From Mizuhopecten yessoensis (taxonomy: Eukaryota), in contig NW_018480069.1 of assembly GCF_002113885.1 (NCBI RefSeq), forward strand, positions 34,031 through 98,030: a stretch of 64,000 bases of DNA, read 5' to 3'. The notes under the pieces are model-generated. The model searched no databases and was not told where the DNA came from. It saw nothing but the letters and a program-made list of their open reading frames with translations. Numbering within the stretch: the stretch's first letter is position 1; every line of letters begins with the position of its first letter. A program made the position numbers and the translations under genes. Below, piece after piece: positions 25,401 through 38,200 of this stretch.

Positions 25401-26168
25401 GGTACAATCTCTTGCCAAGCGGTGTCATTGATGAACGGACAATGCATGCGTCTTGCCCGGTGCTACTTGGGACGAAATGGAGTATGCTTTTATCTCTTTA
25501 ATGTCTAATTTACTATTGAAATAATAGCTAATTCAACCTGAATATATATATATATATAGTTCAGGTTGAATTAAAAAAAGTTAACAAAAAGGTACGTTAA
25601 ATGATGTATTAAAAGTATTGTCAGACAGTATGTGATTAACTACAAAATGTCATTCAGAGTTAAGTATTAATATCACTTTAATTTATATTAACACTACTTA
25701 ATAAAACAAAATGAGAAAGTATGTTATACCGTTGTATAATTCGTATAACAGTAACATAACGGATGAATTGTACATGCTGCAGGTTGCAACAAAAGGCATT
25801 AAAAGAAAAGTAGCGGTAAAATCAACGTTTATAAGCCATACATACAAATAGTTTAATAATTGAGTTATATTTATGAATGCATAAATATATATGATTATGC
25901 TAATTTGAATCTTATACGTGTGTTATTTGCGATACATATTTTAGTTCATTTACCTTATTTTATCATTTTTAAGAGATTGATTTTGTTATATTTCTAAAAG
26001 GGATATTTTATAGTCGTGTATATTTCAGCCATTTACTTAACTGAACATTTCATTTTTTCAGTTAATGCTAAATTTAACTTCTTTCCAGTTACTACAAAGT
26101 GGATTCTTGAATATGGCCAGGAATTTCGGAGACCGTGTAAAACTAACATCATGGACGAAGATTTCTGA
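13474..26168 (+). CDS. P4HA: Prolyl 4-hydroxylase alpha-subunit-like, copy 1 (complete, 13 coding exons, 532 aa)
   Basis: Hand-spliced GT-AG exons: 13474-13688, 14056-14228, 14957-15261, 16230-16281, 17252-17385, 17576-17740, 17845-17915, 20522-20636, 23136-23189, 24105-24173, 24790-24858, 25385-25481, 26089-26168. Total 1599 nt, one open frame ending in TGA. Contains a signal-peptide-like N-terminus and the motifs GHPINAY, GLGRLHHTYDLD, YQKLCR, PRISRFHDVISD, NYGLGGHYIPHLD (HxD), GDRIATWMFY, EAGGATVFP, AVFWYNL, HASCPVLLGTKW and GQEFRRPC. Confidence 0.95.
15297..15834. mobile_element. TA-flanked MITE in intron 3 of copy 1
   Basis: Terminal inverted repeats TACTGTATAGCG..TTCGCGGGGT and ACCCCGCGAA..CGCTATACAGTA; no coding capacity seen. 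Confidence 0.75.
16631..17065 (-). mobile_element. tRNA-derived SINE copy interrupted by a MITE
   Basis: GGGAGGAAACCGGAGTA..GTGGTC..GG(C/T)GACCC|CATACC..GATCGGGGAATCGA is collinear with the 59652-59797 SINE apart from a 320-bp insertion. Confidence 0.7.
16700..17019. mobile_element. hAT-like MITE with an 8-bp target-site duplication
   Basis: TIRs CATCCTCGATACTGCAGGGGTTA..GCTCACT and AGTGAGCTTAACCCCTGGAATAACGAGGATG are flanked by GGCGACCC and GGTGATCC. A solitary related end lies at 3967-3990. Confidence 0.75.
19250..19990 (-). mobile_element. Penelope-like retroelement RT remnant in intron 7 of copy 1
   Basis: The minus strand at about 19720-19880 translates to FQQTVGIPMKTNYAHLLTDLYLFSYE and FNFTIRHIDNML. 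These are degenerate forms of the PLE RT motifs GIPMG..APLLADLFL and RYIDD. Boundaries are approximate. Confidence 0.75.
20736..21235 (+). mobile_element. Helentron/DINE-1-like non-autonomous element
   Basis: TTACCATCCCCCGC start, GTCCGTCTGTCCGTCTG microsatellite, and about 2.5 internal ~165-bp repeats (AATAACT..CTTCAAACTTG..GGAGTTATGGCCC). Confidence 0.6.
25174..25363. mobile_element. Foldback/palindromic MITE, copy B, next to the exon-12 acceptor of copy 1
   Basis: About 62-bp perfect arms TCCGTCTTTGCGTATTGCAGAGTTATCTTCTCTTGAGAACAGG... and ...CCTGTTCTCAAGAGAAGATAACTCTGCAATACGCAAAGACGGA. Confidence 0.85.
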
Positions 26169-26285
26169 TTTATGTGATGAAATGAAACATTGTTATAATT
26201 TTGATTTATAGACAGAGGTAGAACTATGTTAACATCTAACAATACATTTCGTTCACATTTGTTGTAATTAATTATATATCCTATA

Positions 26286-26291
26286 AATAAA
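26286..26291 (+). terminator. Candidate polyadenylation signal of copy 1
   Basis: First AATAAA seen after the stop codon, about 120 nt downstream. The AT-rich context makes this weak evidence. Confidence 0.3.
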
Positions 26292-28837
26292 TCTTATCTA
26301 AACACATTCATTTTATGCATTGGCATCTATAAAAAGTATCTGCTTCACGCTGTGCATGTATCAATTGAGAAGTTTTAAGAAAATTCAAGTATTTTTCATC
26401 ATTATAATTTCGTTTGTATCATGTGTGTTTTTTCTGCTTACGACAACAATACTGATTATGAAAATAAACGTTAAAAAAATATTATCTTACTTCTGCTTGT
26501 TACCCTGTTCTCGTGTTTGTTTTCCTTGGGTAGACTTCATACACTGTTTTCTTTTCCGTTACAAACATAGTAGCAAGAAAATGGTGAACTGTTTTGAAAT
26601 TGTCACAATACTTGAACGAGAGCCCAAGAAGAAGCGCCAGACCATGGATACAATGCGAGACTGTGACACTCCTGGTATCAGTAATAGGACTAAAAGAAAA
26701 ATCTGTAAGGAATAGTCTGCCGGAAAGCCTACAGCGTGTGCGTTGTAATATCACCCTTCATTGGTTAATATCCATGTATTATTGTCTAATAATACATGTT
26801 CGTGCAATACATCACCCGCAAACCCCAACCCCTCCCTGTCCCCTATTGAAGATATAAACAAGCGGGCCGTTGCACTGGTTTTCCTTTTGAAAATAGGGTA
26901 CACGCATTTATATTTGCAAATGAAAACAGATAAAACAGTTTCGAATTCAACCTATAGATCTATTAAAACCTGCCAATCTCAGTATGGGATGTTTCGCAGA
27001 ATCTACAATTCAGTTAATCTAAAGCAGTGCTTGTTAAGTTGACAAGTGTTTTTTTTTATTTGTTGACAAATCAAGTGATGGTCATAAATTGTTGTTTGTG
27101 ATTGGTTGAAATCATTATCTTTTATAAACTATGAATTAATTGTATAGAATCTTTTGTCTGACAAATTTAAAAATCAAATGCCAAATGAAAATAAAGGTTG
27201 AGGAGTTGTATCCTACGATGTATCCTGTTCTTATCATTTCTCATATATTTACAAAATAAATCAACAAATAATGAGGCACATGCAATTGTTTAAGATTAAC
27301 AGGAAAAAATGGACAACTGCCGATCATCAGTAAAATTGGGCAACTAGTTGTCAAATATAAGCCAATGGATCACGAGGCAAACGTTTGCATTCGCTAAGGA
27401 ACAGCCTAATTTGAACAATTTTAGATTAAATTGCATAAAATGGGCTTATACAGGTCCTGATGTAGACAAGAAGAAAACACTTTTTCCTAAGTAACAGTTA
27501 ACGTGTTAGAAGATATACATGACACATTTGTGATTTTTTTTGTTATAGATATAATCTAAGATTCGGATTAGTCATGAAACAATATTTACACACTCCGAAG
27601 CACGCTTTGTCACCCTCGATCATTATTTAATCCGCGATTATAAAAGCAGGTTGTTTATGATTTAATAGTTATTCCGTGTATACTCTCTGATTGATCGTTA
27701 CACAGTTTGCAAATTATATGGGTTATTATTTAGGTTTTGGAGATGACTTTGTTTATATTAAGAATAACATTCCATTGCACTGTGGTTGATGGTATAAACA
27801 GGAACCTCGTCTCAATTTTGTTTTAGATGTAACTATGCCCAGTTGTGGCAAGACATTTCCGTTGAGCAGATAGCGCAGTCCGTTCGAGTGATAGTATAAC
27901 AATCTGGTTTAGCCCCAGCGTTTTCTTTTAACACTCAGAACACTGTTGATGATGATCTTGTTTGATTTCATTACGTGTTTGTTTCATAAAAAGTCCCGCA
28001 AAGTACATGTGCTGTTTTATGTTAATGAATGATTCATCAAAGCCGAAGGCCTTAATGGTTACATAGCAACGGATATACAAGAACAATGATAACTGTATCA
28101 ACCCTGCGTTTAGTTACGCATTCAAACAATTGGGTTTTCTGTTTTTCATATTCCTAAATTGCACTACAGTTAAAATAACGATATTTTATAAGATAAACAA
28201 AACATTTTCTATGTTTTTGAACCGTTTTAACCACTGTAAACAAAGAATAATTTGCCAAAGTGCTTACTCACGAAGACTTAGCAACAGTATGGAGATACTG
28301 AAAAATCATTTAACCTGAAATTCGGATCATTATATAAATAAATAAATTGGCTTCTCAACATTGCATTTCACAATATAGTTACTTTGATCTTAAACATAAA
28401 TCATGTCTAAAAGACTGAGGTACATCATAGCAATTATCGTAATGGAAACGTCGATATACATTATCATACCAGTAAATAAAATAATGACCTTACAGATAAT
28501 GAGCGATTAGAACATTTACCTTTATTCTTCATCAACTTGCAACTCTGGCAACCTGAATTGAACATATGCTATTTGCAATATTACGACTTGATTTCCAGTT
28601 ACTAGTTTCGCTTCTTGTGTCGACCTGAAACCTTTTAAACTCCAATATAAACCAGTAAGTGATCAATATACATTCCAAGAATTGGAGTAACAACATGATT
28701 GCTGCCACTTGTAGAGATGCTGTGTCTTTAGCTTATGTTATCATAATATCCCGTTTCTTTTGGTGTTATTGTCTTCCCGGATAAAAAATGTCGTTTTGTA
28801 ACGCAAATGTATTCATGTTGTGTTGTGATAGAATATT

Positions 28838-28988
28838 TCAAATGTAAAATACTGTATTATAACCCACAGAAAAATCAAATGTAAAATACTGTATTATAAC
28901 CCACAGAAAAATCAAATGTAAAATACTGTATTATAACCCACAGAAAAATCAAATGTAAAATACTGTATTATAACCCACAGAAAAATCA
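28838..28988. repeat. 37-bp perfect tandem repeat x4, upstream of copy 2
   Basis: Unit TCAAATGTAAAATACTGTATTATAACCCACAGAAAAA. Confidence 0.95.
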
Positions 28989-29222
28989 GGAGAAATAAAA
29001 CATGTTTAGCTCGTCTGTCAGCGCTGACACACATGTATACACATTAACGATTTCTCGTTGCTTTTCATTCAACCAGGAAAGTTTATACTTATTCCGCATC
29101 GCTCTAACATTGGAATATTTTAACATGTAACCACAAACTCAAATCTTGCCCGGAGTGACACAAGTAAGATGTATAACATACACGTCGCCATTTTGGAAAC
29201 AAATAACCGCTAAAAACTAGAC

Positions 29223-32200
29223 ATGAGACTTATATGGTGTAACTTGTTGCTGCCTCTTTGGGCAATTGTTCGGGCGGAAGTGTCAACATCCGGGTACAAA
29301 TTGGCTATTGTCTGTCAAAAGGAGAGACAATTACTTGAGATACTTGACCGCTACGTCACAACCACCCTGAGCAACCACTCCCATGTGGACGAATCCGTAC
29401 AAAGGTATGACAGTATTTCTACATAAATGTAATTGATTTTATCATAACTACCACCATATGTTGTTATTTAAGCGAAATGTTCCAAAGATGGTTGGCGGCG
29501 TCGGGGTTGGGGTCGGGGTTTGGTGGGGTTGTGGGGATATCCCGGAGAATTTTGTGACACAAAATTATCTAAGGTTACAAATGAAAGAATACAAATACTA
29601 TCACGCCTCTGTCTGGAATCGCGTTATCTCATTGATTCACGGATGTCACATGTTGTTGTATTGAATCCTATCAAGAATATATATATATATGTATAATATG
29701 TATAGTATGGGTTATATTGGTGAAAGTTGCGTCGCAAGACTAAATCATCTGTTACGTATGGCATCATAATAAGGAAGTCGAACTTTCTTACTTGTTCTGT
29801 ATCTTTGACCCCCTATTTGAATATAAACATATTTACAAGCGTTTGCTAAAACTATCCTGTTCATCAGTGTAATATATATGTTAGAGGATGTTATATTGAA
29901 ACTGTGTAACTGACAAAGAACTTCAAACCTGATTAACAGAATGTTAAGCGAGTAAGCAATGAGTCATACATCATATCAAAAGTTTTGAATATTGGATATT
30001 ACTCAATTATTCTTACTAACCTCTATCATCCCTCTGCGTATCACACAACTTATCCCGTAATGCATTCCCAGTAATGGAGGTAAATGTAGGTGCTGTAAGA
30101 TGTAAGTACGTGTAAAACACTCGTGCGTTGAACCAGTGCTCAAGTGAAGTATTATGGTAAATGTCATTATCAACGGGTTTCATAAATTCATGGGATGGAA
30201 TGCTAATGGTACAATTTAGATTGGCAAGCAAGGTATTAACTTATTTGATAAGTTCCATGTCGGAGACAGATGGTTATATATGTCCAACTATGTTATATAT
30301 TTTCGCGAACCAGCTTATTGGTATATTATCACCTAAGACTGTAATTTACAGAATAATTTATTTGTACGTATGTCACTGACTTAGTCATATATTTTGCCAC
30401 TGATATGTCTGTACGTATGTCACTGACTTAGTCATATATTTTGCCACTGATAAGTTTGTACGTATGTTACTGACTTAGTCATATATTTTGCCACTGATAA
30501 GTCTGTACGTATGTCACTGACTTAGTCATATATCTTACCACTGATAAGTTTGTACATATGTCACTGTAATAAAAAAAACCACTCCCATTGAACACTTTAT
30601 TTGTGTTGCACACTCTGTTATATCAGTGTCACCCTGGATATTTGTGTGTCATTAATGTAACCATTGATGACTTGTGTTACGCTCTCTGGTACCACTCGTT
30701 AGTTTATCCCTCACAGTAATGTAATTTCATTTAAAGATATTCGTTTGTTTGTATGATACACGTTACGCGTCCCCAGCGATCAGAAAGTTGAAGATGATGT
30801 AATTAACGACCCCATTGATTTGTGTGTTTGTATTACACTCTTTTATCAACAAAAGTTTATTCGCTTGTTTGTACTGTATTGAAAATGTAATTCTTTGTGA
30901 AAATATTCATGTAGCAAAACCAAAAAGTGTTTATGTGTGACGTTTATCGATTACTGGTACAGTCATCAGACAAATGACCATTTAGGCGTATGTACACAAA
31001 GGTGAAACGTAAGCGTAGCTGAATCGAGTCATTTCGGTACACATATACCAAATATTTGTACATACGCTTACGGCGTAGCCGAATCGACATCGATTTGTGG
31101 ACACCTCGTACATATTTTACACCTTTGTGTGCATACTCTTCACTGGTAATTCCTCTGATGAAGGTGACGGAGTACATGCCCACCTAGTCATCGAAACGTC
31201 ACATATAAACACTTATCGGTTGTGCTACATGAATCCTTTTACAAGCTATGCTTACCAACCTGAAGCATATGTTAAGAAAGAAAAAGGTAATTCGTTCACC
31301 ACTGATACATTGTTCATACAATGTATGTACCGCTCTTTGTAAAAGACAATGTATTCCATTACATTATTAATCTGTGTCATATATGTATTGTACTTATACA
31401 TAGAATTATGTTTTGATGTTCAGCTTCCTTAAAAATATTAAGGAAGAGAGATCCAACATCAACGACGCCAGTGAATGGATTGGTCATCCAATCAATGCGT
31501 ACCATTTGGTCAAACGGACAGCAAACGACTGGTTGACTGCTCAGCAGAATATCAACTGTGGTGCATGTGTATCTACGGCAGCAGAAGGTACATGTAGGTC
31601 TTTCTACCAAGGAGCTTGTGCAATACCCAATGATCACATCAATATGCCACCAATCGCCTTCATTAGTAACAACTGACATCATTTAATTATGTTTGATACA
31701 TATACTTTAACTACAAATCTGTCAGTTGTTTCTTGTTTAAAGCCCAAACAAGAGGTGAGGTAAGCTTTATTAATTCATTACATAACGTGTTTAGCAGTGG
31801 ACACATCTATGTGATATTCATAAATAGTCTTATGTAATGACACTGATGGTAACGTCATTAATGATAAAAACACACATGACGTCACTACGTTTCGAACATT
31901 TTTTGGCTGATGATTTCATACTTTTTTGGCGTTTAAAACGAGTCTTTGTTGTATGTCTGCATCATTAACGGAAAGTATGCATGCAATGCAATGCTATAAT
32001 GTCAAGGTATCCTTTACCTCTAGGTGTGTCTAGCTTATATCTCGTCTGTTCTGTAACATGGGAATCGCTGAAGATATCTAGATGAAACCTGGACGATACC
32101 TCATTACCAAAATGCGGTGAGCAGTGCGGTGTTGTTTAGTTACAGCGACATTCGTCACTAAACAGTGATCAAATAAATAAAAGATGTCTAGTGCGCTGTA

Positions 32201-35200
32201 TTGAGATAAACATGACCTCCACCTTAGTAAAAAAATGATGCCAATACGGTAAATTATGGTACACATTTATATTGCGTCATCATTCATTTCCCATTGTTTC
32301 ATTTGTTATTTGTGATTATAGCTATATATGTTTTCCCTTCGTGATATAAATTTCAAGCTCATAATGTTATATCCGTAAATGTGATATCAGCCCGGTGTTT
32401 CGAATTTTATGTCTGGGAAAGTTAGACTAAGACTGGCTTTAACGACTTGTAAACTATTATCCTAACCTTTAACATTTGTTTTTTTAAGAAAAAACAACAT
32501 CTTTTTTTACTTCATGAATGTTAAAATTAAGGCTTTGATTTTTTAGAGACTTGTTTAAGATAAATTTTGTGTTACAAACATAAGGTATCTGAACAAAGGT
32601 AAACAAAACCTTATGTAACAGCATTTATCTAAGTTTATGCGTTCTTTTAAGAGTTCCATTCGGCCTGGACACGGATAATAGATAGACATGGTGTCTGGAC
32701 GAGCAACGATGACGTCACCATAGCTGTCAAGGGTTTAGGAAGACTGTATACAACGTACGAGATGGACTTCAAAACCCTAATGTCCGGAACAATTTTAAAT
32801 ACAAGTGCATCTCCATTGACAACAGCAGATGGCATCAGCATAGCAAAATATCTCGAGGGAGAACATAAGATTGCATGGACAGAAGCATTACTGGAGCTTG
32901 ATGACGTCACCGAGAAAGAGTCTTTATTGTATGACTTAGCCGTGACTTACCACGTGGTAACACAACCTTCACATTTTAATAAAGGGAGGGGTTACAACCT
33001 TACACAATCTTGGGTATCTTTGATGTTGCCTACCTCATAATAAGGGAACTGATATAGTTGAGATAGTAAGGAGCTGATATACTGGCAGACATTGTAAGGT
33101 AAACTTTGATAGCTCAAACATATACCATATGGAAGCTGGTTATACTTCATATTTAACAGTTTCAATTTGTTTTAATTGTGATAACATTTAGGGTAATTGT
33201 AGTAATCTGTGAGCCTTTGCTTTATTGTTTACTTTTACTGCTCAGATTAGGATATTTGGGAAAGATTTTCAGTGTTCCAAAATTGGTTTCATTAAAAATA
33301 TCAAAAGGAATTTGACAATGAGCTAAAACATCAGTTAAAACATTGGGGAACATACGACTTTAGATGTAGTTAACATTTTGTTAAAGGAAGCAGAAACAGA
33401 GGGGTCCTTCATAAGTTATGCTGATACCAAGAGGGCTTTAAATTATGGCTAACGCAAAACTTTTAACTTAATTATGATGATGATAATGGCTATTTGGAAC
33501 TGAAAACCATACATTTCAGTGTCTTTAGGACATTGTTGATTTCTTATCAAGTCATGGAAGATTGGATTGGGATGATAAGAGAATAAAAACAAAAAAGGTT
33601 GGCAATTTAAAGGATATGGTTACACTCTCTGTGAATTAATATTTACAAACAGTGTAATAAATCATTACCAGGTCTTGCCACAATTAGTCGTACAGTTAAT
33701 GATGCCAACAAAAAGCTGTGATTCCATTCGACACTTTGCATAATTTTCAAAGTCCCTTTTAAATGATAGATAACGACAGATTTTGGAAATATATACATTA
33801 AAAGAATTTTCACTTTCTGAAAAACAGGTGGGCAGGTCACGGAAAGCATTGGCTATCTTAAAGGATTTACACCAGACAGGTAAGTAGTAATACATATTCT
33901 ATCGTTTCTTTGTATAATACAGGATGTATAATTGTTTCCAGTGAAGCACTATACTCTGTTACACGAGTAAAGTAGAATATCGTTATTTTTGCGAGTACGA
34001 ATTTATTATGTATTCTGCCATACTTGTAATATAAATATATGGCATTCAATGTGAAAAGCGTTATTTTTAAAATATCGCTATTTTTTTAAACTGATAACGA
34101 CGAAAATACTGATGTATCGAAAGTTTGTTCGAGATAAGAAACGACATATTTGACGCCAAGTTCTAATGAGGTCACGCTTTACGACAAAGATGTGCACTTT
34201 TTTGAATTGGTAATTCAACGTAATTGTACCGTTTGCTGTTTTCTGATGGGTTTTCGTAATAAAATGATGGAACAAAAGTGTACCCCCCCCAACCCCCCCN
34301 TCTCTATTTGAAACTAAAAATCTACGGTTATAACTGCAGTGAATAATACATATTGTTCTGATTGGCCATTATTTTAAGTGATATTTTCACATGTGAAAAA
34401 AACACATTTATTTACAGTGCATCCCTCAATAGACTTTTCCAATCATTTGCTGTTGTACCTCTTATCCAAGGCTCGATCGTTAAATGTAATACCTTTAATT
34501 TCAAAGGTACCAGACGTGTTGCGAGCATGCTTAATATCGTCAGGCAGAAGGCCGAGAAATCTGAAGATAAAGAGCCGCACGAAAAGCCAACAAGTACAGT
34601 TGCCGAGATGGACCATACCTACCGGAAACTGTGTCGGGAAAACATACAGGTACCCTGCACATTAATATTGGTCCGAGTTGACGGGGAAGACGGTTCCTTT
34701 CCTACATTCTAGGCAATGGAGCGAATATTTACTGTAACGTTACAGAACGTGAAACTAATGACTTGGCACGGGTTATAAACTACTCCTGCATTACTGTTAC
34801 GTTTCTAGGTCGTGGACTTGTTATGTATTGTCATTGTTGTTAACTTGGTAGTCAATGAGTAAATGCTTGTTCTAGCTTATAGCATGAAAAATATTGAACA
34901 TGCATGGTTGTGAACTCGCTTTGTATCTAATATATATTGTATGATACGTTATGTCATTGGAGGAAACTATAATTCACTTTGTAATTGAAAATATCATGTT
35001 TTCATGTTCATTCACTGATTTCAGAGGTATATCCTATGCATTGTAACTTACTCGCCATATCATGAATAAATCTTAAAAAATATTTTCATTCACTCACCAT
35101 ATTACTAGTTAATACTATAATGCATCAAAGTATATACTATAATGCCGTGTTATCTCACCAAGACATCTTTATTCTACTAGTTCTGTCCTATTCTTTAATA

Positions 35201-38200
35201 TATACTACATTGTACAATGCGTTGTATATACATTAATGTTTAGTCGCTTTCACCTGTAGTATAGTGAATGGTTGGTATTTCACGATGGCATAGCAGAGAC
35301 TTTACAATACATTGGCATTATACTGAATTATGAATAAATACATGTACTTCGTTCCATAGCTACATTGCTGTGCCGTATGGATCAAATTATATAGATATCT
35401 GCAATGTTTTGTTATCCTAAGCGAGGTTGGTCATCCGATATTTCAATGAGAACATGGATATGTCTGTATCGCTGTTTCTCCATCGTCTTTTGCATGGTTC
35501 CTCCGAATAAAAGAGCCGTTAAAGCACAATGGACATTACCGACAGCCAATAAAGGTGTGAAAAAATGTAACGCAAACAAGCAAGCCAATGCCATACCAAC
35601 ATGAAACCTTCCTAAACCGAACGGAAGGGAAGACATTCAGTATTAGAGTCACAGTCAGAACTAGGCAAGATGTCAATTGAATTATTATCAAGTGAAGCGG
35701 TACCATAATGAATACAGGACAATATCTATATCACGGTTACTATAGTTAAATGCTGGTATGTTAATCGTGAAGGTTTTGCGTTAATCAATTGCTATCTCGC
35801 TATATCAGGCTATTTGTATTGCATCAATTCCATAACTAGTTGTTTAGGTTCGTATAGTGTCTATCGTATAGACTTTGCATTCATTTTCTAAATACATCAT
35901 TTGTAATATATATTTAGATACATGAAAGTGACAAACTTTTCCTCCCGATTTGTTCTTTCGGTTTTTTTGAGTATATAAGGTAAAACATGAACCTTAATAA
36001 TTCGTTACAAAGTCGGTAACTCAACAAGTCACAACATATAATGGTTCGTCTTTACTAATATGCTAACTAATGTAGTAACATTATCAAAAGAAGGAAGGAA
36101 TTTTCCTGTTTCCCTACCAAAGAAACAGTGTTTTATTTTCAGTCTAAAAACAACCTCCATTGTTACAACAAAGTGACACGAATCCCCTACTACACAGGTA
36201 AAGAGGAGGTACTGAGCTACGTACCACGAATATCCAGGTTCCATGACGTCATATCTGACATGGAAATAATGCAAGTCAAGTATGCATGCAAGGCGCATGT
36301 AAGTATTGTAAACGAAATTGGTGAATACTAAACCCTTATGCCCTTTTACTATTTGTATATAATGAAGTCTTTATCTAAATCTAACAAACTAAATGACATT
36401 TAGATAATGGATTTAAAAAATAAAATTTGATGTGATCACATTAACGTAAAATATAATTAAAACCAATTACTTTAAATTTTAGTGAAATTTAATCATATTG
36501 ACCGAGTTATAAGTGATAAAAATGATTCCATGTCTAGTGTCGAATCTTGTTATTTCTATGTCTGCAGTTATCGCCAGCCAACGTCATTGGTCGATTTGGC
36601 AAAGTCATGCCTAATTATAAAACTAGAACCGGTGAAACGTAAGTATGTTGACTGGCAGATACGTAGCAGAAAACTACGTAATACATCATTGGAATCATAT
36701 TAAAAGAGGCTGCTCAAGAATCGAGCAATAACACATACTAAGGATAAAAGCGGTCTGTTTAATTGTATAACCGTAACAAATATGAAATGGTTATTTCTTT
36801 ATCTGTAAATATCCTTCTCAATACTTTTGAATAATTACTGGTCTATTGTATAAGTATTGCGTTGTTCGACTAAGCCTTTTTCATATGCTGAAGGCGCAAC
36901 TAGATAGAAAGTCAACGCTGTTGTTCGGGTGGCCATATGATGCTATTAACATACTTGCTTTACAGACAAACGTATATTTGTTAAAATTAAAATATTGTAA
37001 GGATTTGGTTGACTTACAGTGTAACTGTTTTAACTCTTTGACACAGTGCATGGATAGAACCGTCAGAGAAAATTGCCAAAAAACTAGAAAATAGAGTTGA
37101 ACTGTTAACGGGACTAGATACATTCTATCGTGAAGAAATGCAAACTACGGAACATTTCGAGGTAAGACCAATATACATTTATACATGTGATTTAACTACT
37201 ACGGAAGTCGGTATAACAGAAATATTGAGTATTTCGTATCAGTTATTTCATTCTCTCATGCATGACATTTTAAATCGTTTTTAGATAACAATCAGCACAA
37301 TATCCACATTTGAATACCAGATGCACTACCTAAGTATTGCAAAGTAAAATGCAATTGCAACTCTGTAAGATTTAACGACTTTTTTTCCATCAGAAAGAGA
37401 CAGGTTTTTAGATGAAAAGGCTATAACTTCCAGATTTGATACAACCTAATTTAGGATTTGCTTTGTGATGAGGAACGAATTGATAAAGGATTAACTTATA
37501 CTGTGTAACAATGACCTAAAAAACCACCGATTGATGTATGTGTCGGCATCATAAAATCAAACAATGTTTCACTAAAAATAGTGCTGGTCAGGTGAAACTG
37601 TATTCACAGCATAAACACGTGTTTATATGACTTTTGCTGTTATGTTTTGATAAATTTCGGCAGAAGATATGTAAGCAATATACGTATTGAACGTATCAAT
37701 GACTGGTCGATACCGTCTTTTCCCTTTGTCAGGATATGCCTCAATCAGTCAGAGCTTGACAAAGGGACCAGTCGGTCTTGAAATGTTGCGATACGATTAA
37801 AACGTATATTGCTTGTATAAACAGAAACGCTTTGGTAATAACAGATATGCAGTTTAGATTTTAGGTATTTCCTCCTTTTAAATCATAAGATATTAAAATG
37901 TGTCGGCTGTTCAGGAGGTAGTGGGTGAAATAAATAAAAAATTGTACAGGTGCTTGTGTTCCGCCGTAAATCATGGTCAGTATTTTATATCCTATCGTGT
38001 AGTTAATTATTGAACACGTGAAATATATCTTTTCATAAGTATATATGACTTCTGCTGTCACGTATTGCGAAACTTCAGAAACATAATTTTCAGGTCTCGC
38101 ATGTCAAAATTAGTTATGTAATCATCAAATGAGCTACCTTTTGTAGGTTCGATAGGGTCAGTTGTCTGTGCGACATACGACAGCCGCCGTGGTATCAATA

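Noticed and set aside
26151-26168. C-termini MDEDF and LDEHF as KDEL-like ER-retention signals
   Set aside because: The penultimate residue is not Glu, so they do not fit the xxEL/xxEF pattern.
34280-34300. C-runs ending in an N base
   Set aside because: Assembly ambiguity in intron 4 of copy 2. The flanking exons remain in phase, so no biological claim is made.
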